64,000 nt of DNA, taken from the NCBI GenBank assembly GCA_964632485.1, contig CAZWDO010000002.1, positions 62,001 through 126,000 of the forward strand, read 5' to 3'. This document shows, piece after piece, positions 38,580 to 48,632 of this stretch. A program made the translations under genes and the position numbers. Each line of letters opens with the position of its first letter. The stretch's first letter is position 1. The DNA is from an uncultured bacterium. GTDB taxonomy: Bacteria; JAGOEH01. The notes beneath the pieces are model-generated. The model saw nothing but the letters and a program-made list of their open reading frames with translations. It was not told the origin of the DNA and made no database searches.

Positions 38580-38846
38580 GGTTCCCACTTTCCCGATGAA
38601 ATCTGGCGGGTGTAAGTTTGAATGTTGCAATTTAAAATTTAAGAATCTGCTAGTGTTTGGCCATAATACCGGCAAATTTTGATTCGATTTGCCGTTCTTC
38701 GTCCTGAATTCTGGCCGTCGGCGTGATTCTCCCTCTGAATAATAGGGATGCTGTAGTTGAACCGCTAAATAAAATTAGACGTCCGGTTTAGTATGATGTT
38801 TAAAAAAAATTAAAAATTCATGTCCGGAAGACAAAGAGTGAATGGT

Positions 38847-40673
38847 TCATTTGGCGCTGCGTTTTTGTCTCTGTTCTTTCGGAAGCGTGATGATGAAACG
38901 CGCGCCTTTCCCTTCCCCTTCACTGGAAGCCTTGATATGACCACCCATACTATTCACAGAATTGGCGCAGGAATGTAAGCCAAAGCCATGACCCGCCTTT
39001 TCTCCAGTCTTGGTTGTAAACCCCCAACTGAATAATTTTTCCAGGTTTTCCGAGGATATTCCGCATCCGCTATCCTGAATAACAATCTGAATATTATCCT
39101 GTTGGTTAAAGGTCTCAACCTTCATACTTTTATCGCTTTTATCATACATCTGGATCGCTTCGACCGCATTTTTAATAATATTAACCAGTATTTGGTGGAG
39201 CTTGATCCGTTCCACTTTCAGAGTGGGGATGGCGCTATCGAAATTTTCATCGAGGCGAATATTGACTCGTTCTATTTTTTCGTTAAAAATACTGATGGAA
39301 TCGCGTATCAGTTGGTGGATATCGACAACTTCGACAATATTCATTCCCGCATAGCGTTGTTGTGTGTTCAGGATATCAGTGATTAAGGAAATCCGGGTCA
39401 GCAGATATTCGAGATGCTCATTCAGATCATGGGTTTTATCATCGAGAAACGAAATATAACCTTGAAAAAACTGGATAAACTTTTCTCCCTTGGGGTCGGC
39501 GCTTAAAAAATGATCAAGTTCTCCCTTTTTATCCATGAGTAACTGAAAGATTTTTTTTAATTTGTCGCTTTTGACAATATTGCTATCTTGCGATAAAATA
39601 TTTAAACGCACATTGATGCTTGTAATGACATTCCCGATATTATGCAGAACCGAAGAAGCCAATTCGGCTTTTCCCGCCTGATGAGCCGATTCAACCAGTT
39701 TTTCCTGGGTGCGTTTCAATTCCTCGGTGGTTTGCATCAAGTGGATATTTTTATCGGCGAGCTCATAGGTTCGTTCATCCACCAGTTGCTTCAATTGCTT
39801 AGTGTTGTTTTCAAGCCAACGGCTGATAGAGAGGATTTCGTTGCCCGATCTGATCATCTTTTGGATTTCGATTGCCGATAATTTGTAATCTTTGGAGGAG
39901 ATGCTGCGGATTTTATCAACCAATTGCTTCAACGGATCAATGATATTCCAGTTGATCAAAAGAATTCCCATAAGCAGTAAAAAAAAGATTGCCACGATTG
40001 ATATCAGGATAATGCGTTGAAACATGGCGTTAATTTCTTTTTGCAGATTAGTGAATGTATAGTAGAATACAATATAGGCAATTCGTTTACCGAAAAAATC
40101 GTCATAGGGAACCACGACTTTTTGGGCTTCGCGATGACTGTTTTTGTCATTGACCTCATTGTTTTCACTATACGATTCGATGATGGGCGGCAACTGGTTG
40201 AGCAACGAATCCCTTATTGAACGGTTATAAAGTGTCGTCCGTTCCCGAACGGCTTGCGAGCTTATTATCCGCCTGGGACCGTGATATTTTTCAGTATTCA
40301 ATTCGTCCGAGTCGAACTGGATTATGCCGGTACTGTCAATAATTTGAATTTTAAGCAGATCCGGGTTGAGTTCCATGGTTTTAGCTTTAAATTCACTCTT
40401 GAGTTTATTGAAGGCATTGAAATAGTAATAAGAGTAAAGATTGGTCACCTGAAGGGCAGATTGGTATGAGAAGGCTTCGTTTGCCTGGATGAAGCGCAAG
40501 CGTCGTTCAGTTCGGTTTGAGAGATAGAAATAGGAAAAAGTTACAGCCATCAGAATAACATAAAGAAAACCGAATTTAATGGCCATCTGCAGGCGCAGCG
40601 ATTGACGTTCCCAGAAACCTTGTTCCTCTTCGTAAAATTTAACGGTACCAACCATTTTTTTTAACCTTTTCAT
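38847..40673 (-). CDS. Membrane sensor histidine kinase (2 TM, periplasmic domain, HAMP, HisKA, HATPase)
   Basis: H-box VLHNIGN, N-box NIIKNAVEA, DSGCG, GFTTK..GHGFGL and GEGKGARF. Confidence 0.92.
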   Translation of the reverse strand: MKRLKKMVGTVKFYEEEQGFWERQSLRLQMAIKFGFLYVILMAVTFSYFYLSNRTERRLRFIQANEAFSYQSALQVTNLYSYYYFNAFNKLKSEFKAKTMELNPDLLKIQIIDSTGIIQFDSDELNTEKYHGPRRIISSQAVRERTTLYNRSIRDSLLNQLPPIIESYSENNEVNDKNSHREAQKVVVPYDDFFGKRIAYIVFYYTFTNLQKEINAMFQRIILISIVAIFFLLLMGILLINWNIIDPLKQLVDKIRSISSKDYKLSAIEIQKMIRSGNEILSISRWLENNTKQLKQLVDERTYELADKNIHLMQTTEELKRTQEKLVESAHQAGKAELASSVLHNIGNVITSINVRLNILSQDSNIVKSDKLKKIFQLLMDKKGELDHFLSADPKGEKFIQFFQGYISFLDDKTHDLNEHLEYLLTRISLITDILNTQQRYAGMNIVEVVDIHQLIRDSISIFNEKIERVNIRLDENFDSAIPTLKVERIKLHQILVNIIKNAVEAIQMYDKSDKSMKVETFNQQDNIQIVIQDSGCGISSENLEKLFSWGFTTKTGEKAGHGFGLHSCANSVNSMGGHIKASSEGEGKGARFIITLPKEQRQKRSAK

Positions 40674-41910
40674 GGAATGAGTTAAGCATCGTATCTACTG
40701 CAGAAGATACGTATTGTTTAGTGACGCATTTTTGCAGGATATCCCAGGCCTGGTAACTATAATCGTTGCTGATTTCCTCTATCGACCAGGAGAAAGGAAT
40801 TGTGGGATTATTATTAAGTATCTGGTAGATTGACCAGGTTGTCGAATTGTAACCACTGCCGGTTGATTTTATGCCTGTCAGAGTCTTAACCATCTTGTTC
40901 CAAAGCTGGATCGTCTCTTGTTTCTGTAAATAATCCAAAAATTGTTTGCATTGGGCGGATTGCGTGGTATTCTGATTGATGCAAAGCGCGGTGGTAATAT
41001 CTAAAAATAGATAATCATTGCCGATAATATTGGATTCTTTTAAATTGAAAAAAGGCAGGACGCCCATCTCGGAGGGCTGATTGTCAGAAGAGAGGTATTC
41101 GGTGCTGGCCAGATACATGGCGGCTTTTTTGGATTTAAAGCGTTCTTGCGCTTCAAGATCGGAAATTGAGGCAAAATCCCGATTGAACGTATTGTAATTT
41201 TTACTGATGATTTGAACCATTTTTATAGCATTAATCAATCGCGTATCGTTCCATTCTAATTGCCCATTCAGAAAACGCGTGGTCTTTTCCGGCCCCAAAA
41301 AACGTAAAATCATGTACATCAGAAAAATAGTTCCTTTTCGAAAATCATCGCCTTTCATCCCCATCACTAAGGGACAGTAAAGATTGCGACTTCGTTTTGT
41401 AATATGGTCACACCATCTTAAAAAATCATCCAGGAGGAAATTGCCTTGAGCCGGAACATCGATATTCAATTCGCGAAAAATTTTTTTGTTGTAAAATATG
41501 ACAAAAGTGGATATCTCCAATGGAAACAGATTCAGTTTTTCTTGTTTAAGATAAACGACAACTGCCGGATGAAAAGTTTGTGAAATTTGATACCAATCGG
41601 TAATTTCTTTGGTAACATCCAGTCTATTAAAGCGAATGTTATTGGTTGGCATAAAGATATCCGGCGATGAATTTGGAGTATAAAGCAAAAATCTGAATTC
41701 CACTTCCCGTGAGAATTCAAAGGGGTCGCGGGTATGCAGGATGTAAAGACTATCGCCTGATTGAGCGGTAAAGCGCTTTTGCGCTTCATCGAAAAAAGCG
41801 ATCTTGTTGACATTAGTACCTACATTCGTTACCAATTCCAATGCGAAAAGCGGTAGGCTCCAAAGAGTCAGTATAAAAATTGTTCGGCGGCAGAATGAAA
41901 AAATATTCAT
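40639..41910 (-). CDS. Extracellular solute-binding protein (family 1-like), divergent
   Basis: Signal peptide; IFYNKKIFREL..P, FKSKKAAMY and CKQFLDYL motifs; overlaps the kinase start. Confidence 0.75.
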   Translation of the reverse strand: MNIFSFCRRTIFILTLWSLPLFALELVTNVGTNVNKIAFFDEAQKRFTAQSGDSLYILHTRDPFEFSREVEFRFLLYTPNSSPDIFMPTNNIRFNRLDVTKEITDWYQISQTFHPAVVVYLKQEKLNLFPLEISTFVIFYNKKIFRELNIDVPAQGNFLLDDFLRWCDHITKRSRNLYCPLVMGMKGDDFRKGTIFLMYMILRFLGPEKTTRFLNGQLEWNDTRLINAIKMVQIISKNYNTFNRDFASISDLEAQERFKSKKAAMYLASTEYLSSDNQPSEMGVLPFFNLKESNIIGNDYLFLDITTALCINQNTTQSAQCKQFLDYLQKQETIQLWNKMVKTLTGIKSTGSGYNSTTWSIYQILNNNPTIPFSWSIEEISNDYSYQAWDILQKCVTKQYVSSAVDTMLNSFHEKVKKNGWYR

Positions 41911-41916
41911 GCTTAC

Positions 41917-41993
41917 ATATTACATTCTTTTTTTCATCTTGTCAAGAGTTTTTAAGGGAAAAATATTGACTTTTGAGATAAATGTTATATATT
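41917..41993. promoter_or_regulatory. Divergent sigma70-type promoters (SBP-kinase operon and fprA)
   Basis: Minus strand: TTGACA (41945-41940), 17 nt, TAATAT (41922-41917), 6 nt, ATG. Plus strand: TTGACT 41966, 16 nt, TATATT 41988. Confidence 0.6.
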
Positions 41994-42045
41994 TATAAAG
42001 ACCAAAGCGAATATTAGACGAGTAAAATAAACGAAAGGAGTTATT

Positions 42046-43209
42046 ATGCGGCCCGTTGCCCTTAAGGAAGATGTGTATTGGGTGGGTGGTATTGATTGGG
42101 ATTTGCGGAATTTTCATGGGTACCTGACGCAACGGGGGTCAACCTATAACGCCTATCTTATTGTTGATGAAAAAATTACGTTAATTGATTCGGTGAAATA
42201 CTATATGGTGGATGAGATGTTGGCCCGCATCTCTAAAATTGTGGATCCTTCTAAAATTGATCTGTTAATCAGTAATCATGTCGAGATGGATCATTCGGGC
42301 GGATTGCCCGAACTGAAAAAACGGTTACCACAGGCGACGATTTATACATCGCCGAACGGTGAGCGAGGATTACGGGCCCATTACAAGCAAGAGTGGGATT
42401 TCCATGTTATCAAACCGGGAGAAACAGTTTCCTTAGGTAAGCGCAGTTTGCAGTTTTTTCCCACTCCCATGGTGCATTGGCCCGATAATATGGTAACCTA
42501 TTGTCCCGAAGAGAAAATTCTATTTTCCAATGACGCATTTGGACAACATATTGCGTCCACTGAGCGCTTTGACGATCAATTGGCATTGGATACTATCTTG
42601 TTTGAAGCGAAAAAATATTATGCGAATATTGTATTGCCTTACGGGGCGCAGGTCGCTAAAGCCATTGAAACGGTTGCGCCACTGGAAATTACGATGATTG
42701 CCCCCAGCCACGGTCTGATCTGGCGTTCACGTATCGGTGAAATTGTCGCTGAATATGGGAAATGGTGCGCCAACCAGGTCGAAGAGAAAGCGTTGATCAT
42801 CTTTGATACTATGTGGAATTCTACAGAAAAAATGGCGCGCGCTATCGCCGACGCTTTCGATAAAAAAGGAATTTCAGTCTCTTTGCTGAACCTTAAACAC
42901 AACCATATTTCAGATATTATGACCGATGTATTAACCGCCCGTTATATCTGCATGGGATCACCTACCCTGAATAATAATATGCTCCCCACCGTCGCTTCTT
43001 TTTTAACCTATTTTAAAGGTCTGGCCCCCAAAAAACGAAAAGCCCTGGCCTTTGGATCCTATGGCTGGGGAGGGCAGAGTATTGGGCAGGTTTATGAAAT
43101 CCTGAAAGAGTGTCAATTGGAGATGATGATGGATCCGATTAAAATTCAGTATATTCCGTCTTCACCCGATTTATTGGACCTTGAAGATAGTGTGTTTAAA
43201 ATTTTGTAA
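42046..43209 (+). CDS. fprA: Flavodiiron protein (FprA, class A)
   Basis: GSTYNAYLI, NHVEMDHSG, HWPDNM, FSNDAFGQH and PSHG motifs; flavodoxin motifs TMWNSTEKMA and FGSYGWGG. Confidence 0.95.
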   Translation: MRPVALKEDVYWVGGIDWDLRNFHGYLTQRGSTYNAYLIVDEKITLIDSVKYYMVDEMLARISKIVDPSKIDLLISNHVEMDHSGGLPELKKRLPQATIYTSPNGERGLRAHYKQEWDFHVIKPGETVSLGKRSLQFFPTPMVHWPDNMVTYCPEEKILFSNDAFGQHIASTERFDDQLALDTILFEAKKYYANIVLPYGAQVAKAIETVAPLEITMIAPSHGLIWRSRIGEIVAEYGKWCANQVEEKALIIFDTMWNSTEKMARAIADAFDKKGISVSLLNLKHNHISDIMTDVLTARYICMGSPTLNNNMLPTVASFLTYFKGLAPKKRKALAFGSYGWGGQSIGQVYEILKECQLEMMMDPIKIQYIPSSPDLLDLEDSVFKIL

Positions 43210-43226
43210 CCTTTTTTTGAAAGGAA

Positions 43227-43688
43227 ATGAAAATGGACGTAAAAAAATTCAACAGTATTATCGATTTTGCCGTGGAAAGAGAAAATGAAGCGGTACTTTT
43301 TTATCAAAATCTGCAGAAAATGGTTCGGTTCAATGGCAAAATTGAATTGCTGAAAAATTTGGAAAATATGGAGAAGGGCCATATTGAAATTTTGGAACAA
43401 ATTAGAAAGAGCGATTTCAGTAATCTGGAAGTACCAGTAGTCGATTCCCTTAAAATTTCGGATTATTTAGTCCCTCCCCAAAAAGAAGAAAGCGAATTAA
43501 CCTATCAGGACATTATCATTATTGTCATGAAGCGGGAAGAGGCTTCCTATAAATTGTATCATACGTTATCCCACAATTTTTCTGATGCCAATACGGCAAA
43601 ATTGTTTGAAAAATTGGCGTCGGAAGAAGCGATGCACAAATTGAGATTTGAAGAGATTTACGACCAGGAAATCTTAAAAGATAACTAA
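43227..43688 (+). CDS. Rubrerythrin-like ferritin-superfamily diiron protein
   Basis: AVERE..AVLFY..EKGH and REE..Y..LASEEAMH (two ExxH motifs). Confidence 0.88.
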   Translation: MKMDVKKFNSIIDFAVERENEAVLFYQNLQKMVRFNGKIELLKNLENMEKGHIEILEQIRKSDFSNLEVPVVDSLKISDYLVPPQKEESELTYQDIIIIVMKREEASYKLYHTLSHNFSDANTAKLFEKLASEEAMHKLRFEEIYDQEILKDN

Positions 43689-43939
43689 AATTTTTTGAAG
43701 ACTTAAACTCTGCCGAATTGTGATTCAATATAGCCCGCAGGCTGCCACCTGCGGGTTGATAGATCAGTCGGTTACCTGATTTGTTGAATTATATTAATAT
43801 TGATCGTTCCTGCATGATCCATGCAAACGGTTATGATGAATTTTAATGCTGATTACTGAGTTTTCAAGATTTATCATCTGTTACTTGTAATTTTAGGTAA
43901 TACACAAACTTTAGCGTTTTTTGATTGGATAAATGAGTA

Positions 43940-44764
43940 TTGGTATCCGTTATTATTCCTACGTATAATCGTTATCAGTTCATCGGTTTGGCAATCGATT
44001 CGGTTTTGAAGCAAAGTTATACGGATATTGAAATCATTATTGTAGATGATGGTTCGAGTGATGGTACGAATCGTTTGATTCGACATGCTTTTGGAGCAGG
44101 GGTCCGTTATATCCATCAATCGAATCGGGGAGTCAGCGCAGCGCGTAATACAGGGATTGCCGCGGCTCGGGGAGAATATATTGCATTTTTGGATTCCGAT
44201 GATTGGTGGCGTTTGGATAAAATTGCTCAGCAACTGAATGTTTTACAGCAATCTCCGCAATATCAGGTATGCTATACGAATGAAAAATGGTTTATGAACG
44301 GGCAGCCGATCAATCAACATAAACATCATCAAAAATTTAGCGGTTGGGTTTTTGAAAAGGCGCTTCCCCTTTGCCTGATAAGTCCATCTTCGGCGCTGAT
44401 GCATCGTTCGGTTCTGGAACGGATTGGCGGTTTTAACGAAATCTTGCCGGTTTGTGAGGATTATGATTTATGGCTGCGATTGACAGCACTCTATCCGGTT
44501 ATTTTTCTGGATCAGCCTCTGGTCTATAAACGGGGAGGGCATGCCGATCAGCTTTCCAGACAATTACCCGTGATGGATTATTATCGGATACTGGCATTGG
44601 CGGATTTTATCCGGGGTCCAATCTATCCCCGTGTATATATAGAAGCGGCCCGGCGAACCTTGGAACAAAAACTGAAAATTGTGATTAAAGGCGCGATCAA
44701 GCATCGTAACGAGGTGTTGTTACGCCAACTGGAGCCGCTGGTCCATGAATTCCTGTCAGAATAG
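43940..44764 (+). CDS. Glycosyltransferase family 2
   Basis: VSVIIPTYNR, VDDGSSD, NRGVSAARN, FLDSDD and CEDYDLWLR motifs. Confidence 0.93.
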   Translation: MVSVIIPTYNRYQFIGLAIDSVLKQSYTDIEIIIVDDGSSDGTNRLIRHAFGAGVRYIHQSNRGVSAARNTGIAAARGEYIAFLDSDDWWRLDKIAQQLNVLQQSPQYQVCYTNEKWFMNGQPINQHKHHQKFSGWVFEKALPLCLISPSSALMHRSVLERIGGFNEILPVCEDYDLWLRLTALYPVIFLDQPLVYKRGGHADQLSRQLPVMDYYRILALADFIRGPIYPRVYIEAARRTLEQKLKIVIKGAIKHRNEVLLRQLEPLVHEFLSE

Positions 44765-44936
44765 TTTTCATCTCTATTCCGGTTAACTTTAGCGATCGTT
44801 TTAAATCAATAATTTCCCTGTCGATAGACTTCCGGAAATATTATGGCCATTCCAGAGTCTGTATTACAGGCTTTACTGCGAATGGCCACGATGCTATCAT
44901 TGGAAAAATTCAGGGTGATTCAAGAATTGCTCCAAT

Positions 44937-46244
44937 CTATTTTTTTATTGTATAACCGGTACTATTTTCCAGAACCGTAAGCGCCACTTGATAACTGTAG
45001 AGATTTTGGATTAAAGTGGCTTGAGAGTTGATTAGATTGACCTGCGCATCGAGCAGATCCAGATAACCCCCGGCGCCCAGATTGTATTTTTCTTCGGCCA
45101 ATTGATATTCCTGGGTAGCGGTTGTATAGTTTAACTGGCCCACTTTGATTTTTTCCCGCGCTTCCTGTACGCTTAAAAAGGCATTCTGAATCGATTGAAT
45201 CAATGATAATTTCGTTTTAGTCAGGTTTTCTTTTGCGATGGTATATTGGATTTTCTGGTTTTTAAGACTTAATTCCCGGTTAAATCCGTCAAAAATATTC
45301 CAGGAAAACGTGATGCCGTAATAGCGATTATAATCCTCGTCAAAAAATTTATCAAAGTTATCGAAGCTGGAATTACCCCATGAATGTCCGTATCCCAGAT
45401 TCACCGATGGAAAATAATCGCTCCATTTACTGAGATAATTGAATTTCCTGGTTTGGCAACTGGCCTGAGAATATTTTAATAAGGGATGATTCAGTTTGGC
45501 ATATTCGGTTAACGTTTCATAATCAATCATGATGAAAGAGGAATCCAGGTTGTCTGTCAGTTCGATCGCTTGATTGGGATCGCGTCCCAGAATTTCATTA
45601 AGTTTGCCGATGGCTGTGCGGTATTCCTTATCGTTGGAAATTGAATCGAGCAACGCTTTACCCAGCAGGCCTTTTTGTTTAATAACGTCTATCTGGGAAA
45701 TAATCCCCAGGTCGAACATTTTCTGGATTTTATCCAGTTGTTTCTGAGTGCGGCCGATGTTCTCCGTCGCTGCTTCTAAAAGCTTGCGATAGGCCAGGGC
45801 GTTATAGTAACGGGTTTTAATATTGAGTACTAAATCCAGTTCAGCTTGTTGTTCACTGAATTTCAGCGCATTGTAGTAAGCTTTTTGCGAACGTACCTGG
45901 AAAAAAGTTGAGAGATCAAAAAGCGTCATGCCGCCGCCAATACGGCCGGAGTAGTAATCATAGGGATCCTGCTTATAAGGGTTTCCGAACTCATCGGTCA
46001 ATCGGCTGGAGGGTCCGTTCATTTGATGGGAAAAGGAAAAAGAAGAATTCAAAGAGGGAATGAATGGTGAGTAACTATTAAGATAGGAGTTTTTTGCTGA
46101 ACGCGTTTCCAGGTGGCTGATACGGTAATCGGGGTTGTTTTCTTTACCGATTCGTAAGCTTTGTTCCATGGAAAGAGGTTCGGCCAATAATGTTAGAGAA
46201 GTAAAAAAGAATATTAACATCATGGAGACGTTACGCACAGGCAC
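44937..46244 (-). CDS. TolC-family outer-membrane protein
   Basis: LSMEQSL..GKENNP, YFPSVNLGY, WNIFDGF and EKYNLG..YLDLLDAQ motifs. Confidence 0.88.
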   Translation of the reverse strand: MPVRNVSMMLIFFFTSLTLLAEPLSMEQSLRIGKENNPDYRISHLETRSAKNSYLNSYSPFIPSLNSSFSFSHQMNGPSSRLTDEFGNPYKQDPYDYYSGRIGGGMTLFDLSTFFQVRSQKAYYNALKFSEQQAELDLVLNIKTRYYNALAYRKLLEAATENIGRTQKQLDKIQKMFDLGIISQIDVIKQKGLLGKALLDSISNDKEYRTAIGKLNEILGRDPNQAIELTDNLDSSFIMIDYETLTEYAKLNHPLLKYSQASCQTRKFNYLSKWSDYFPSVNLGYGHSWGNSSFDNFDKFFDEDYNRYYGITFSWNIFDGFNRELSLKNQKIQYTIAKENLTKTKLSLIQSIQNAFLSVQEAREKIKVGQLNYTTATQEYQLAEEKYNLGAGGYLDLLDAQVNLINSQATLIQNLYSYQVALTVLENSTGYTIKK

Positions 46245-46353
46245 CTTCCTTTCAGTTTGGTATGTTTTTTTAACGTTGCTTTTCTTAATATACGAATTTT
46301 TTTTTTAAATGTTTAACCTTTTTTTATTTTTTTATTTTGAGTTAAAACATGGC

Positions 46354-46382
46354 TTGACTTTAAGTGAAAAAATTATTAATAT
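46354..46382 (+). promoter_or_regulatory. Sigma70-type promoter of pfp
   Basis: TTGACT, 17 nt, TAATAT. Confidence 0.55.
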
Positions 46383-46421
46383 AATATTTCATGGAAACTA
46401 AACCAAAAAGGAGTTGATGAC

Positions 46422-47699
46422 ATGAGTTCTTTAAAACAGAATACGTTAGCCATCCTGGTCGGAGGCGGCCCTGCTCCGGGGATTAATAGCGTGATTAGCG
46501 CCGTTACAATCGAAGCCAAAAAGAATGGTTGGGAAGTATATGGTATTTTCGATGGTTTTGCCCATCTGGCCGAAGGCGAAAAGAAAATTACGCCATTGAC
46601 GATTGATATGGTCAGTCGCATTCATCTGGACGGCGGTAGTATTTTACGGACTTCCCGCGTTAATCCGACCAAAAATGATCGTCACCTCCATAATGTCGTC
46701 AATACCCTGATCGATATGGGAGTAACCCATTTAGTAACGATAGGCGGCGATGATACGGCGTATTCATCATTGCGCGTGGCGGAATATGCCCGGGAAAAAC
46801 TGGGTATCCAAATCGATGTGGTTCATGTTCCCAAGACGATTGACAATGATTTACCACTGCCGGAAGGAATTCCCACTTTTGGATTTGAAACGGCCCGCTC
46901 ACTGGGGGCGAGTATCGTTACTAATCTGATGGAAGATGCCAAAACCACGGGTCGCTGGTTTTTTGTAGTGGCTATGGGTCGCCAGGCCGGTTATTTGGCA
47001 TTGGGTATCGGCAAAAGCGCCGGCGCTACGATTACAGTTATTCCCGAAGAATTTTGCGAAGAATCGGTTCCCTTAAAGAAAGTTATTGATATTCTGGTCG
47101 GATCGATTATCAAACGATTGTCCCACAACCGGAATTATGGAGTTGCCGTAATGGCTGAAGGCCTGATCGAGAAAATCTGTAAGGAAGATATTTATGCGCT
47201 GGATCATGTGGAACGCGATGCCCATGGTCATATCCGCTATGCGGAGATCAATTTTTCCGACATTATCAAACGGGAAGTAGCTAAAGAATTGAAGAATTTG
47301 GGTATTAAAATGACCATTGTCGATAAAGAGATCGGCTATGAAGTCCGTTGCGCGCCCCCTTGCGCGTTTGATGTGGAATATACCCGGAATTTGGGATTTG
47401 CTGCATTTGAATTCCTGAAAAATGGCGGCAGTAACGCCCTCATTTCCATCCAGAACGATCAGGTAGTGCCCTTAAAATTCGAAGATATTCAGGACCCGGT
47501 TACCCAGCGGACCGCCGTTCGACGGGTTAATATTAAATCCATCCAATATCGTATTGCCCGGCAGTATATGATACGGATAGAAAAAAATGACCTGGAATCA
47601 TCGATCCAACTGGATAAAATGGCCCTGATTGTCAATATGAGTCCTGAACTGTTTGCCGAGCGGTTTCATTATTTAATTGAAGATTGCAAATGTAGTTGA
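46422..47699 (+). CDS. pfp: Pyrophosphate-dependent 6-phosphofructokinase
   Basis: GGGPAPGIN, GGDDT (Asp at the PPi-determining position), PKTIDND, MGR and GYEVRC motifs. Confidence 0.9.
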   Translation: MSSLKQNTLAILVGGGPAPGINSVISAVTIEAKKNGWEVYGIFDGFAHLAEGEKKITPLTIDMVSRIHLDGGSILRTSRVNPTKNDRHLHNVVNTLIDMGVTHLVTIGGDDTAYSSLRVAEYAREKLGIQIDVVHVPKTIDNDLPLPEGIPTFGFETARSLGASIVTNLMEDAKTTGRWFFVVAMGRQAGYLALGIGKSAGATITVIPEEFCEESVPLKKVIDILVGSIIKRLSHNRNYGVAVMAEGLIEKICKEDIYALDHVERDAHGHIRYAEINFSDIIKREVAKELKNLGIKMTIVDKEIGYEVRCAPPCAFDVEYTRNLGFAAFEFLKNGGSNALISIQNDQVVPLKFEDIQDPVTQRTAVRRVNIKSIQYRIARQYMIRIEKNDLESSIQLDKMALIVNMSPELFAERFHYLIEDCKCS

Positions 47700-47724
47700 A
47701 TATTATCAATAATAATGTATGTTG

Positions 47725-47754
47725 AAAAAAGCGCGGTGAAAACCGCGCTTTTTT
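47725..47754. terminator. Bidirectional intrinsic terminator between pfp and mrp
   Basis: A6-GCGCGGT-GAAA-ACCGCGC-T6. Confidence 0.92.
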
Positions 47755-47758
47755 ATTT

Positions 47759-48592
47759 TTATTCGCCGGGTGTGGAATCGCTGAGTTGGAGGATAGGATC
47801 GACGATTTTTTGAAATTCCCGGGCCGTAGCGGTTTGGGAATAGAAATAGACGAAAATTTTACCTTCATCGGCGGCTTCGACCATCAGCGGGTCAATGGGC
47901 AGTTTGCCAAGAAAGGGGATATTCAGCTCCTGCGCCATTTTTTCGCCGCCTCCATTTTTAAAAATATCGATCGTTTTCTGACAATGGGGACAGACGAAAC
48001 CGCTCATGTTTTCCACGATTCCCAAAATTGGCAGGTTCAAGCGGTTACAAAATGTAATGCTTTTGCGCACATCGATCAGAGAAAGCGATTGTGGAGTTGT
48101 TACAATTATAGCTCCGTCAGCCTTGCCAAGAATTTGAATGATTGAGAGCGGTTCATCGCCGGTTCCGGGAGGAGAATCAATAATCAGATAATCCAGTTCG
48201 CCCCAGTTAACATCTTTTATGAACTGTTTAATCGCGGTGTATTTCATGGGTCCACGCCAGATAACCGCATCGTCGGCATGATTGAGCATAAAACCGATGG
48301 ATAGTACTTTTAGATTACCGATTTCCAACGGGATTAATAAATTATTCTCTGAGGTCAGCGTCTTGCCTTCTAAACCCAGAATTTTAGGAATTGAGGGTCC
48401 GTGAATATCAATATCCAGCAGACCGACTTTTTTGCCAGCTAAAGCCAGACTGGTGGCTAGATTGGCGGCCACGCTGCTTTTCCCTACACCCCCTTTGCCT
48501 GACATAACGACGATTTTGTGTTTGATTTTGAACAAGCGTTCCTGTATCTCCATCTCTTCCAGCAACGCATCCGAATGATTGGCTGTGTCCAT
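47759..48592 (-). CDS. mrp: Mrp/NBP35 (ApbC) Fe-S cluster carrier ATPase
   Basis: SGKGGVGKS, DIDIHGPS, WRGPMK, DSPPGTGD and ENMSGFVCPHC motifs. Confidence 0.95.
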   Translation of the reverse strand: MDTANHSDALLEEMEIQERLFKIKHKIVVMSGKGGVGKSSVAANLATSLALAGKKVGLLDIDIHGPSIPKILGLEGKTLTSENNLLIPLEIGNLKVLSIGFMLNHADDAVIWRGPMKYTAIKQFIKDVNWGELDYLIIDSPPGTGDEPLSIIQILGKADGAIIVTTPQSLSLIDVRKSITFCNRLNLPILGIVENMSGFVCPHCQKTIDIFKNGGGEKMAQELNIPFLGKLPIDPLMVEAADEGKIFVYFYSQTATAREFQKIVDPILQLSDSTPGE

Positions 48593-48632
48593 AGTTTCTC
48601 CCAGTATAAAGAGTTAAAGTGAATCCAATTGA

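Noticed and set aside
38580-38846. c-di-GMP riboswitch upstream of the RND operon (CGGCAAAT/ATTTGCCG hairpin)
   Set aside because: Only a simple inverted repeat; the GNRA/receptor two-stem consensus is absent.
43732-43757. Hairpin after the rubrerythrin-like gene as an intrinsic terminator
   Set aside because: The stem is good but there is no U-tract, so it is left uncalled.
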